DNA of 64,000 nucleotides from positions 114,640,001 to 114,704,000 of the forward strand of contig NW_024704743.1 in NCBI RefSeq assembly GCF_018977255.1. The letters are read 5' to 3'. The notes below the pieces were generated by a model that had not been told where the DNA came from, did not search any database, and saw only the letters and a list, made by a program, of their open reading frames with translations. The position numbers and the translations under genes were made by a program. Position 1 is the stretch's first letter. The number at the start of each line of letters is the position of its first letter. This document shows, piece by piece, positions 23,627-36,056 of the stretch. Source of the stretch: Callorhinchus milii. Its lineage: Eukaryota.

Positions 23627-25192
23627 CTGGGGAGAAAGAAACCATGGCGTCATCTTGACATCTTGTTACGTTAGATAAAAACAAAGGAAATCTAACTATC
23701 ACCTTCAATACAGAAACTGCTGAGGGTGAATACCTAACACCAAAGTAAACCACACTGAGGCCTAATTTGAGAGATTTGCGAAATAATTTGTGAATAGCTA
23801 ATCTCAATCCAACTCTCTACTCAGATAGCAACGTCCTGCCAGGCTACAGGAGCCTCCCCAGCATTCTATAATTATTATATGCATCACTCAGCGAACACCA
23901 GCCTGCTTCATGTTCCCCCACCCTATCCACCCCACTATCATTGGGTAAGCTTGCAGCCATTCTGCTCCTGTCCTTCTTCCAACTTACTCCTTCTCTCCCC
24001 ATATTCACCAGTTACCACTTTATCCCTTTGATCATCCCCCCCATCCACACACCCCCGCCCACACACACCTTTCCCAAAGGGGTGCCCAGCTAGCTGTGTA
24101 AAGGGCTTTGAGACATCCTCCCAACATGAAAAGTGCTGTATAAATGTGAATTGCAACGTATTTTGAAACTGCAAATTTATTGATGATTTGCTATGTTGTC
24201 TGGACTCCCCAAACTCTCGAAGCAAAGCTGTGCATCACAGCACAAAGGAACATACAGATGTTTTGCACATTTCATTTTAAGTTTCACTACCTTTGACAGA
24301 GGCGCAGTATTTGAGTTCGAATTCAGATGGAAAAAAATAATCATTTAAAAATCAAAGTAAGGCATCCAGTGACAAACAGTTTGCACAATGTATGTAATTC
24401 AAGGCCCATCCAGGTAGCAGTCAAGTCACGCCACACGCTCTCGTTCCAACAGACTGTGCTCGGAAAATTCTGATCGGAGACTTCTCCCTTTGATTGGATA
24501 TGTATGATAGCTTTCTCAAGGAATTGATGCACACCAACGACAGAAAATTGTAATCTTTTTGACTGGCAGACAAAATTACTTGCTTCCGAAAAGCACATGC
24601 GGATACAGATTTCTCATGGTTATTTAATGGGACTGTTTCGTGCCTGGTGCAGTTCGTTCTGCTGCTGGGGTTGCAAATTAAATATTGATAGCAGCTTGCT
24701 GCCGAGTACGCATCCCCACAGAGAAATTACATTAGAGAGGTTTAGAGAGGTTTTTTTTTATTCCCTCCAGAATTTATATTGAGAATTACAGTTTCTCATT
24801 TTAAAACAAATAATCCATTTCTTCTCATTTCAACTGAGAAACACTTCAACAGAAAAAATTATTTTCTGTGCAATTCAATATATATGTATATATATCATAT
24901 ACACATACACACACTCAAACACAAAACTCCACATTATAGTATATCCTGTGAAGTGCTTTGGGATGTATTCCTGACGCGAAAGGCGCTTAACCAAATTATT
25001 GGTTAATAATACAAATTATTATCACTTTTAAAAAAAAATAATTAAGGAGCTGTGCCAGAATTTAAAGATTCTGAATTTAAAGAATTTAAAGATGGAAAAA
25101 TTAAGACTTCCAGAATCTAATGTCACCTTGTGTTGGTATTTGTCTCCACATAAGCCACCTAGTGATCTTGCTTGCCTGCCCAAACCCATCAA

Positions 25193-25450
25193 GGCAGAGG
25201 GCGAAACCTTGGGCAAGTTTCCTTACTCCACACAGAGCCTAATAATAATCCTCCAAAAACCAAAAACAATAATAAATTGGTCATTTTCAATCCACGACTG
25301 TTTGTGGGACATTGCTGTGCGCAATTGGCTGCCGCGTTCGCCCACAAATATACAGTCAATTCACTTTACAGTGTGTTCTGTGAAGCGCTTTGGGATGTCC
25401 TCCCGACGTGAAAAGCGCTATATCAAATGCAAGGATTATTATTATTATTA
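25193..25450 (+). mobile_element. Young SINE, head mostly truncated
   Basis: Near-identical to 36121-36375. Confidence 0.93.
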
Positions 25451-26102
25451 TCAACAATTCTGTTTCTTTTAAATCATCTCCCAAATTTCTTTTGAAAACA
25501 ATTTACAAATTCTGTCTCACTAAAGGTTTGCGACAGAGAATTTCACATTCCCAATACCTTTTGTGCAAAGACTGTCTTTTTTTCCAACTCCCATTTGTAA
25601 AATGTTTTGGGAAGTTATCGTAAAAGATTTTGATCCCTTATTTAAGGCTAAGGCCACGAGAAATGTCAGGCCTCGGATGAATTTGACCGCGAGCATCTGT
25701 GGTGGACTATCAAGTCATTCCAAACCAAAGAAAATCTGGGGAGATTTGAATTATAAGGGATTAAGGGATTCCTCCAACTAGGGAAAAGGGATTGAGCCAG
25801 AAAGATTTTTTTTCAAAACAGGAATACATTAGCACTATAATGTTGGAATTTATGTACAAAGTATTAACAGAATGGAATCAATTTGGCAACATATTTGATA
25901 ACTATCACATTGAGTACAGCTGGAGGTGGGTTCTCACCCCCACCCCACCCTCCTACCCCAGCCCTGACTGTTCTCAATGGTGACTCTAGGAAGTGGATGT
26001 TGGCTTCATGGACTTCGCCATTAAGAACAATGTTAGGCTTCTCCTCCAGTGTTTCATGGAGTGTTTCACTAAAATGAACCCAGATACTGGTGGTGGACTT
26101 AC

Positions 26103-26226
26103 CTTCATTGAATCCATCTTGTACATCAATGCCATTTCCTCCTGAACCTGGAGACTTTAAGTTGGATTTTGGGGTATCTTCCTGACCACTCTCAGTATTG
26201 TTGTACACCCACTGAATGGAATCGTG
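26103..26226 (-). CDS. PREX2: PREX2 coding exon (~21), linker: HDSIQWVYNNTESGQEDTPKSNLKSPGSGGNGIDVQDGFNE
   Basis: cttttag| ... |gtaagt; 124 nt; DSIQWVYN motif; phase 0 to 1 fits. Confidence 0.93.
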
Positions 26227-27471
26227 CTAAAAGGAATGACCGAAATAGAAGGATTATAATGTGGTCAATTTCAGGGCAGAGGGGCTCCTTGGACAAGCGG
26301 CTGTTCATGTGGATGCTGATGCTTTTTGCCAATGGCCACAGAGCGGCAACACCACTGGAGCATCATTAAGATGCCAATTATCTTCAATTGTTGATTGCTG
26401 CTTTATTTTCTTTAATAAGCACCTTTTATGTGAGGAAGACGTCTCAAAGTGCTTCACAGGATCCACCGTGAATTGGAATAACTGTGTGTTTTGTAGGTGC
26501 ACCCGATAGCCAATTTGCATACACACAGCCATGACCAATTTTATCTGCTGGCCGGGATATCAGGAGAAATTCCCTTCTTGTTTCAAGTGGAGCCTATTTT
26601 CAAATTTTTAAAGTCCACTTAAACATGCAGACAGAGCTTAGTTTAATGACTCAGTTAAGAAACAGCACCTCCACCATTGCAGCCCCCACCCCTCCCCCCC
26701 CAGCACCATATTGAATCACCAGTCTGTAGATTCCAATTTTCAACGTGGGGCTTGAACCAACAACCTTTCAGTTCAGAAAAGGAGGAAAAAGGCACTAAGA
26801 AGAAATTGTTTTAGCTGCTACTGAGATGGCTGAGAAGTTGACAGCTGTTCCAAAATGTGTCAATTATCTGATCTTAAAATATAATGACAATGTTTTTCTT
26901 TTAAAAAATAATTTTCAAGGGAAGACCACAATTGTGGCTGTTGCAGCACAGGCAGGCAGACTTTTCATTGATAACGTCAATCTTATAACCATCAACAGCA
27001 AAACTCTCCACTGGAATCAATGGGGAAATAATGTCCAAGTCACTTGAAATGAATGATGCCTATCTAACTAATGGACTTCAATGATTATAATGGGAGTGTT
27101 TGATATGATTGAAACAACTGGTTAGTTTAGAAACACCAAGAAAACAGCATCTTATTCTATTTTCGGCCACTTCATGTAAAGCTACGAATCATGTCCTCAA
27201 CCGGAATTGTAACAACACTGCAGAAAGGATTAATGGGTTCATTTTCCATTCCCCACCTGCAACCTCAATAGGTATATACACAATATAGCATCATGGTATT
27301 TAAAAATGTCTTGTAAGGAGAAACACACTATCTTAAATAGCACACTACCTCAATCTCCGCAATATCACCAGTCACTCACTCTATTTCACATCAAACACAG
27401 CCAAATTCCTTATCTACACTTTCATCACCTTTTCCAACTCGCTGCTTGCTGGCCTCCATTCTCAGATCCAG

Positions 27472-27512
27472 ATAATAATAATAATAATAATAATAACAAT
27501 AATAATAATAAT
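27472..27512. repeat. (AAT)n microsatellite inside a decayed L2 fragment (about 27330-27780)
   Basis: Direct reading of the sequence. Confidence 0.9.
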
Positions 27513-28929
27513 CCATGCATTAGTTCATCCAGAACTACTATACTCTCTCACGCAGAAGGCTCCAAAAATCCACTACACCTACCAAGCTCCTTTGGCCCCC
27601 TACTGACTTTGTGGATTGACTTTGCCCAACCCTCTCTCTAAGATCGCTACTCACTGCCCTCTCCTTCCGTTCCACCACCTCACCATTGGTGGGCGAGCTT
27701 TCAACCACCTTGCCCTACTCTCTGGAACTCTCTCCCAAAATCCCTCTGACCTCTCATTGACTACACGTTTGGCCACCTCCTAGAGAGAATTTTGAACTCA
27801 CTGCTGGAAGCTGTGGCTTAAGCAAAAAACATGAATATATATAAGAGGAAGCTTGAGGCATCCGTGAGAGAAAAGGAAAATAGAGGGGTATTAATGAGGG
27901 GATTATAGCAGTACAAATTCTATCATTCTATGTAAGTCTATGCAAGGTGCTTATAGCAGTACAAATTGCTGTTGATGTTGCTTATGCTGAAAAAGCACAT
28001 CAAGAGGTACAGTGCATCTTCTCCAGGGAGCTCCATGTATGTTGACCAGCAAGAACTCCTCTCCACCAAGGTGTCCAGGCAGAACAGCATTCTTGGATAT
28101 CAGGGAAGTTTACAACAGAGTTCTCAAAAGACGATGCATGTTAGGTCCTGAAGCACTTATCCCTTTGCAAGACAGCATTAACGTTGTTTTATTCCCCCCA
28201 TACCAGAGCTTCTTGAACCCCTATAACTTTCTCTTCCCACATAAAGGGTTGTTTCTTCCAAGTTACCTCTGGAGCTGGTATTTTCCATGGAATAAAAAGA
28301 GGGTGTGCCATCATCATCCGCAATAATTAAGATAAGTTCTTTTGATTTTTAATTATTTTTCTCTAACGGTAGCAGTTTGTTTAGATTACAATTATTCTTA
28401 CCAGAGCGTATCAATTGTGAAGTGCGGATTACCAATAATGTGAATACTGCAGAGAATAGCAGCCAAGTCCTGTGCTGAATACCAAAAAGAAACTACGCCC
28501 ATTGGTTTACCAGCTCACAAAGTAAAACAAACACCCAAATAAACAATTTGGTTTCTAAAAATGGAAAGTAGGGCAGGCCTACAACAGGCTTTGATATAGC
28601 TTTGGAGGTCGACACAAAGCCATTTATAGAATTTTACTGCAAATAGTAGTGACTGTCTATTTGTAGAGTCAGCCTACTTTAAACAATCTTGACTGCAAGA
28701 CTTGCTAATTTCTACAAATACACAGTTATGACACACTACAGAAAAAACTCTATGAAGCACGTTTTGATGTAATGAGGAGCTATTTCAAACATAAGTATTA
28801 TTCATTATTAATATTATTATTAATTATTATTAATTGTATTATTATAATATTATTATTAAACCGAACTGGAAAACCTTGCTGCACTGGAGAGAAGCTGCCT
28901 GAACTTTGATAATAGTCTTTAGATATCTC

Positions 28930-29260
28930 TAAGAATTTACTGTAAAGTGTAATATTTTGCAGGTGGGCACAGCAATGTCCCATAGACTGTCATGAAATAA
29001 ATGAGCAATTATATCTGGGAGATTGTTAGCTAGGTCATGAGGGAAACTCCTTCCTCTTTTCAAATAGTGCCATGGGATCAGGAGAGACAGCTGGGACCTT
29101 GGGTTAATCCCTCATTAAAAGGACGATATTGCAGCATTCCTCCAGCACTGCACTGGAGTGTAAGCTTAGACTGGGATATCAAAGTCTTGACACGGGGCTT
29201 AAACCCACTATCTCTTGACTCAAAGGGTGAGAGTGCTCCCAGCTGAGCCAGACTGACACC
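28930..29260 (-). mobile_element. Old DeuSINE-type element
   Basis: Plus strand ends ..agagtgctcccagctgagccagactgacac; ttcaaatagtgccatgggatc centre. Confidence 0.8.
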
Positions 29261-29965
29261 TATTGTAGACTCACTTTCTCGTTGTAGAGTCCAGTTTTAT
29301 TACAGTTTTGTGGAATAGCTCTTCTATCTCAAGAACTTGTTGATTTAAGTAGTTCAATTCAACCAACTGCTTTTTCATTGCAGCTTTCAATTCTGCTATT
29401 GACTTAGTTCTTGACTCACCGATTAAATTACCTGAAGCAAAGTTGACAGGCCCCAGGAGGACCCCAAGATAAATTACTAACTGAGAGCCAGTCGGTAGAG
29501 ACATACCTGACTTTTCCAATTATTTTTCAGATCAATCAACCACACAATCATGAAATTTGCAAAGAAAGGTTATTTACTGAGTGGTTCACTCCTCACTGGT
29601 TTCACTCCTGATCTTGATAGCAGAACATATATTCTCCCATACAAGCATCAAGAAAAATTGTTTCTAAAGGTACAATATTTACATGTATATTGCGCCTTTC
29701 GCCCAAGGAGTCTATGATAGTCCTGGCTTGGCACCCAAGTTGGGAGTGGGATCCGAGGGGGGTGGGGAGGGGAAATATGATTATATATTTAATTCAACTA
29801 TATTGATTTAAATTTAATAACTAGAACGATTTTCTTATCAGACTTCAAATGTTAACCTGTTTACTTTTCACTTTAAAAAAAAGTGCAATGTACTGTCTCG
29901 TGTTAAAACACAGAATAAGTTGCCTCAAACAAAAAAACAACATTAAAACAAGGACCAAAGCTTAC

Positions 29966-30102
29966 CTGGGAAGGGCGTTTGTATTTTCTGCACGCTGTGA
30001 CATGAGCAATCACACTTGCATGACTCTCTTTGCTCACGTTGATCCCGTTTACTTTGATGATGCACTGACCAGGATGCAGACCAGCTACTGCTGCCACGGT
30101 TC
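29966..30102 (-). CDS. PREX2: PREX2 coding exon (~20), PDZ2: [45 protein letters not shown]
   Basis: ttctgtag| ... |gtaagc; 137 nt. Confidence 0.97.
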
Positions 30103-30112
30103 CTACAGAACA

Positions 30113-30893
30113 TAAAAATAATAATAATAAATAATAATCCTTCCATTTGATATAGCGCCTTTCATATTGGGAGGACGTCTCAAAACGCTTCACGTGATAG
30201 ATTGGGATGTGTAGTGACTGTATTTTGTATGCAAATGCAGCAGTCAATTTGCACACTTTGTTGTCCCGTAAACAACAAGATTCCATTTATAGAGCGCCTT
30301 TCACGTCGGGAGGACGTCCCAAGGCGCTGTACAGTTGGGTCAGGACCTGAGCAGGGGGGAAATGGTCAGGGTGAGGGGAGGGAAGGGAGGGAGCGAGGAG
30401 GGGGTAGAGAGTCGAGAGGGGAGCTGAAGGCACGGTCAAAGAGAAAGGTCTTGAGACCGGCCTTGAAGGAGGAAAGGGAGGAAGACCGGCCTTGAAGGAG
30501 GAAAAGGAGGAAGACCGGCCTTGAAGGAGGAAAGAGAGGAACAACCACCAACAATAACAACTTGCATTTATATAGTGGGGTGGTGTCCTGGAGCTTTTGA
30601 CAGCGGCAGAGTCTGACCATGGAGTGATTGACCTATTTTATTTGGGGGGTTTGTTCACCAGAACAGTAGGAGAAACTCCCTTGTCTTTTTGAATAATGTG
30701 ATCTTTAATGTTCACCTAAGCCCACAGACAAGAGGTTAGTTTAAAGTCTCATCTGAAGGACGGCATCACTGATGTATTGGATGTACTCCCCGCAAGTGTT
30801 AACCCAGACTATGCTAGTTCAAAATGTAGGACATGAACCCACAAACTTCTGACTTAGAAGCAAGAGGGCTACCAACTGAGCCAGGCTGACACC
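30113..30893 (-). mobile_element. Old DeuSINE-type element interrupted by L2 pieces; its tail abuts the PREX2 exon ~20 acceptor
   Basis: Tail at 30113-30270, body and head at about 30615-30893. Confidence 0.8.
30271..30540 (-). mobile_element. Young L2 3' fragment with a triplicated 29-bp unit at its 5' junction
   Basis: Near-identical to 42374-42595 and to 58490-58700. Confidence 0.93.
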
Positions 30894-33800
30894 TCAAGTC
30901 ATTGGTTTAATAGAAACATAGGCAACACTTATTTACAATTTAGGTCTTTATTGGAATTTATACGTAGGATTGACTACCTGTGAAAAGCTTCTGTTCTTGT
31001 GACATGAAAGGAGCAAAATCAAATGCAAGGATTGTACAATATTTATTGAAATATATTCAAGTAACTCCAGCCTCTTATTTCTGCAGCACAGCACTTATAA
31101 TAGATGTGTTTAAAAAAACACTCCTCTCCTGCCTGAGATAGCAGTGCTGGGATCTGACCACAACCAAAGACGTAAACTGCATCTCAAGCAGAGAAACCCA
31201 CAAACATCACGTCAACTTGCAAGACCTTGGCCACAACCCTTGAAAGCTTCAGAAACAAACTCTCATATAATTATGAGATGTGCTTCCCGGTTTCCCTGTC
31301 TGAGATGGAGTTCACATTGTGGGAAGCATTTGGCAGTCCCGAGGTACCATTTTCCGTGGAGAATCCTTTTACAGTTCAACTCCACTGCTGACACCACAGC
31401 AGAACAAGTAAGTCAATATATGCAATGGACCTGCCAGAGCTCAAGGAGAAGGTGGCTGAGAAACTCTTCTTTTATCACAGTGTGCAGGGAGTTGCATTCA
31501 TATTTGGTACTGAGTGCTTATGAACACATTGTGGTCAGTATTAAGAGTTGACATGAAAGCACTCAAATATTGTACAAATCCCCCCAAACAATTGAATTTA
31601 ATTGGAAACACAGAAATGACTGATTGCGCTGTGCGGATGTTCGGTCATGTCCACCAGACATTCCCTCATGTCTGGGTTATGAATGATAAGACTGCCCCGC
31701 AAACACAAAATTGGAGTTATAAACTCCCAGGTAAGGCATATCTTTTTATCATCAATATTTACTGAAGCAATCATCACTGGCCTGATCGGGCGAGCTTAGA
31801 ACTCAGCTGAACAGCGCAGACCAAACAACACCAACAGAGGAATCTGGAAGCAAACTTTAACATGCTGCCTCTCCTAATAGTCCCTCCAATGGCACAGACA
31901 TAGTGCAGGGTGGTGGGGGGTGGGCGAGGTGCTACTTTGTACCTTCCAAGCTAGCTATGCATGCCCTGAAGGTGAGACTGCCAACAGTGGTTTAGGGCTA
32001 GGGTTAAATTGGAGATACAACAACAACTTGCACTTATATAGCACCCTCCATGCAGGGTAGCGTCTCAGAGCTCTTAATAGTGGTGGAGCCTGACTCCAAG
32101 TCGTGGGGGGACCTTAAGCACGGTCAAGAAGGGAAGAGAGGGGGCAAGGCAGAAGAATTGAAGGAGAGTGTTCCAGAGTTTTGGGGCGAAGTGGCTGAAT
32201 GCGCAACCTCCAATGGTGGATAATAGTTAAAGTATTAGGGCAAGGGTTGGGATAAGGGTTAAGGTATTAGATAGTAACGGGATAGTGGTTAAGGTATTAG
32301 GGTGAGTGTTGAGATAAGGGTTAGAGGAAGATTTAGAGGAGGGTTCAGCAAGAGTCACATCAGGGGATGCGTACAGATTAATATTTCCGAATGCTGTCAC
32401 ATATCACTACATATTAGCTGCCAATATCCCAGCTATACATATAGAATTAAGAGACATATATCCACATAAAAGTCAGACCTAGTTAATTACATCCCAATCA
32501 GCAATCACCACGGTGCCAAGAATTACAGTCTTAAAAGGTAATGTGGTTTATTCCACGTCCAGCATTGTGACTTTCCTCCACCTTAATCAGAGGTCACTTT
32601 CAATAAAAACTTAGTTGGTCTGCAAACACTTACTCCTATCTCTCATGTAGAATATTAAGATGCATTTATCAAATCATTACAGGCATAGATGAAATATTGA
32701 TCACAATCAGGGGCCCAGGGACTGCTTCTCCAATACTAAAAACAAGCCAGAAATATTTTATTTCAGACAGGATCCAGGATCCAGATATTCCCATTGGGTT
32801 ACATTTCCAATTAGAAGCATACCAACTACGACAGCATTTTAATAAACCAGCAATCAATCTCTGACGTTCTTCACTCGCATTTAACACAAACCTGATGAAT
32901 AATTTAACTTCAGCGTTAAGAACAGCTTGCTTTAGATTCTAAAAATAAAGAGAAGATTTGACTGGAATGGTAACTGCAATTAAACCCAATTGATCAGGGA
33001 ATTTATTTAATTAGTCTCCTAAATAAAGCTCCTGAAAGGATGCACTTCACTGACTTTTTTTCTTTTGCATACCACGGTCTCGAAATTTCTCATGGTTTTA
33101 GCATTAAGAACATCGTCTTAAATTTGTCATTCACTCAGAATGTCAATTCAAATTCAGTCAATTTCAGAAATTGATCGTTTCTCAGTGCCCAAAAATGTTT
33201 GTCCCAGGATAGGCAATATTGACACCGGTGTCATTTATGTCAAAAAAGAAACAGGAATGAGGTTGTTTATCCCAGCGTAGGTTGAAATGCATGTTTAGGG
33301 TTGGTTTGTGAAAGCAAACATTGTTTTCCTTCTAGTTTGAAGTTCAGCATTCTTATTTTGATAGGCACTTTCTGTCCCTCACCTGTGTGCAGTATTGATG
33401 AAATGTTCACATGAGTGACCAAAGGGATGTTAGTGCTATACTGTTGGCCACTGTGGGTAATTTTTGATGTAAGTTTTCAGGAGTGTGTCTTGGTTAATGA
33501 ATTGCTGTTCTTTTACAGCACATGTAGGTTTTTCTTTCCCCCAATGAGGCCACATTTGAGAGGCATTTTGGTTGAAGAAAAGCAGCAATTATTAAAGGAA
33601 GTCATAATAAAAGGATGGTGCTACCATGCACATATATAGAAGGTAATATCAACGTTAGGGTGAAGCCAATGTGCCCCTTAGAGCACTGTCACTTGATGTC
33701 ACTTCCTCCTTATGTGTAAAAAGTGACATTGCAGCAGCCATTTTGCCGCCCTACTCCCTTACAAAGTGGTTTACAACTTTAAAACAACCAAGAACTACAC

Positions 33801-36056
33801 GTCCTCGCATACACAGGGCTCTCTCCATTGCGTGTGTGCTGTACCCTACAATGGAAGGTACACAATGGAATCTTTTGGTCGAACAGAGTGGGCAAGTTCA
33901 TTACGTTTTGTTTCCTTGCATTTCTTAAGTTGAATGGTGTGTTTATTATGTTTGAATTGTTCCCGCAAGTTAAGTGTAACGTTTAAGTTTAAGTGTTCCT
34001 AATCTTAAGAAAAAAAGTCTTCAGAATGGAAATTTGGAGAGGATGATCTATTTTGAACTGATGGAGGCAATTACCGTAGGTCTTTAAGGATTATTATCAT
34101 TTGAAAGCATGAAGGCCGGGCATTATACAGTTCTTCACTTTGTGCAAGTGGATGTTTCTGTGAGGGTCTGAGTGAATGACTTAAGATTCTGCATAAGGCA
34201 ATGGACGGGAGGGATTTTCGTTGACAGAAGGTTTTTTGAAGTTTCTCTCACAATTTCCAGGATAGAAATGTTTTTGAAAGTGTCCAAGTCCTTACAAACC
34301 CAGATATGGTTGTATAATTTCTACATTTTGACCCAACTTATGTCCAGTGCTCTGGCCTTACTGCCCCTTCAGTCATTCATTTTCTTTTTTAGCAATCAGG
34401 GACACTACCCAGCGTAAAGGGCACTATATAAATGCAAGCTGTTGTTGTGTTGTTAATTTCCCTCTGGGGAAAGAAATACATCTTTATGTCTGTTCTGAAA
34501 TTGCCCTTTGCAACCCTGTATCCTCTTGTTCTGCTATCTCGGTGCATCCAAAGCTATTGTTCTGGGTTTACTTTCTCAATCTCATTTGAAATCTTTCATA
34601 CAGCTCTGATGAAATCAAGTGGAACAACTGCAAGATAATTGGGGTTAAACGTCACTTGTCACGAAATTAACAAGAGAACAATACATCTCCCCATGAGTCA
34701 TGAAGGCTGTATATCAATGTGATATTAATGGATTAGGAAGGAAGGGAGACCCGCCTGCTAACATTTAAAAGAGAGTCTGATAAATGCTGTGTTGCCCTGG
34801 AGCTCCAAAGCTAACTCAGGCCAGATTTGTAGCCAGTATCCCTTGAACACACCAAAGCTCAGATTCAAAAGCAGGTCTAGATGTTCTGTTCCCCTGAGCG
34901 CGTCACTAAAGCACAGGGTGTGGAGGGAGGGAGGAGGGTGGTGGTCGGAAATCAGTCTGAAGAGAGATATGATCAAACTAATGAAATGGAGGAAGAAGCC
35001 ATTAAATGGGCAGCTTAAGTGCCAGAGGGTTAATAATGCAGATTTGCGTGCACCATGCCAAAGGTTTGACAGTTGGAAGCTTTTCCAGTCGTTTCTTGGC
35101 TCGCAATTTATGAGGAGTGAGAGGCTTCATTGTTTGCCCTTTGAATTAAAGTGCAGAGAGTTATACTCTCGTGCTGTGTACCATCAGGAGGAGGGGGAAG
35201 GGAAGGCAGACGAGGAGACACAGTCGACTGAAAAACACTCAGAAATTATATAGTTGTCCAATAGGTGCTCCTCCACACAGACTTTACAAATGATTATGAT
35301 TTTAAATATTTGAAAACAAAGTCCAATGGCAGGAATTCAGCAGATTACATGAACAGGGCTTTGCCCAGGGCTGTTCTGAGGATTCAAAGAAGGGAAGAGA
35401 ACAGCGAGGAATTAGAGACAAACCACTAGAGCTGCTGCCTCCAGCAGTGGGGATACAGAGATATTTGCTACTGCTCGAGAGAAGCAGTAGCAAATATCTG
35501 ATCATTGAATAATGTGGTATTCTAACCATCTAACAACGGACAGGCTGTAACTGGGATCTATTTACCGTTGATCACTAAAAAGCATCAGTTTTGTATATTT
35601 GTTTCAGTGATCAGTGCATGATAGACCTTAATAGCCTCCCCAACTCCTCCCTCCACAGGCTGCAGAACATCCAGAACTTTGCAACCCATGTCCTCTCCCA
35701 CACCAGGCTCTGTGACCCTATCACCCCCATCCTCGTCCGACTCCACTGGCTTCCTGCCTGCTTCACGTTCCCCGCCTCGTCTGCCCCACCATTGGCAGGC
35801 GGGCCTTCTATCACTTTGGCCCCACCCTCTGGAACTCCATCTGCAGTCCATTGCCACCTTTAACTCAGATTGTAAGCGAAGCCATTCGATCAGATGCTAC
35901 TTAAATTCTAATTAGTTGCTCGAACAAGTGAAACCTAAGCTGTTCGACCCTTTGCCAATGAGCATGGCCCAGTAATGCTGGTGACAGCAAGGGTAGAAAA
36001 CAGATGAGACAGAGACGTGCGTCTTTTACTGAAACAGATCGGTGTACATGTACGGT

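Noticed and set aside
25092..25472. Recurrent ORFs ending [11 protein letters not shown]
   Set aside because: These are translations of the SINE 3' tail, not a protein family.
30454..30540. CRISPR-like array of 29-bp repeats
   Set aside because: No spacers, the unit is L2 sequence, and the context is a vertebrate intron.
34789..35253. 154-aa plus-strand ORF as a nested antisense gene
   Set aside because: Non-ATG start, no recognisable domain or splice structure; better explained as non-coding sequence.
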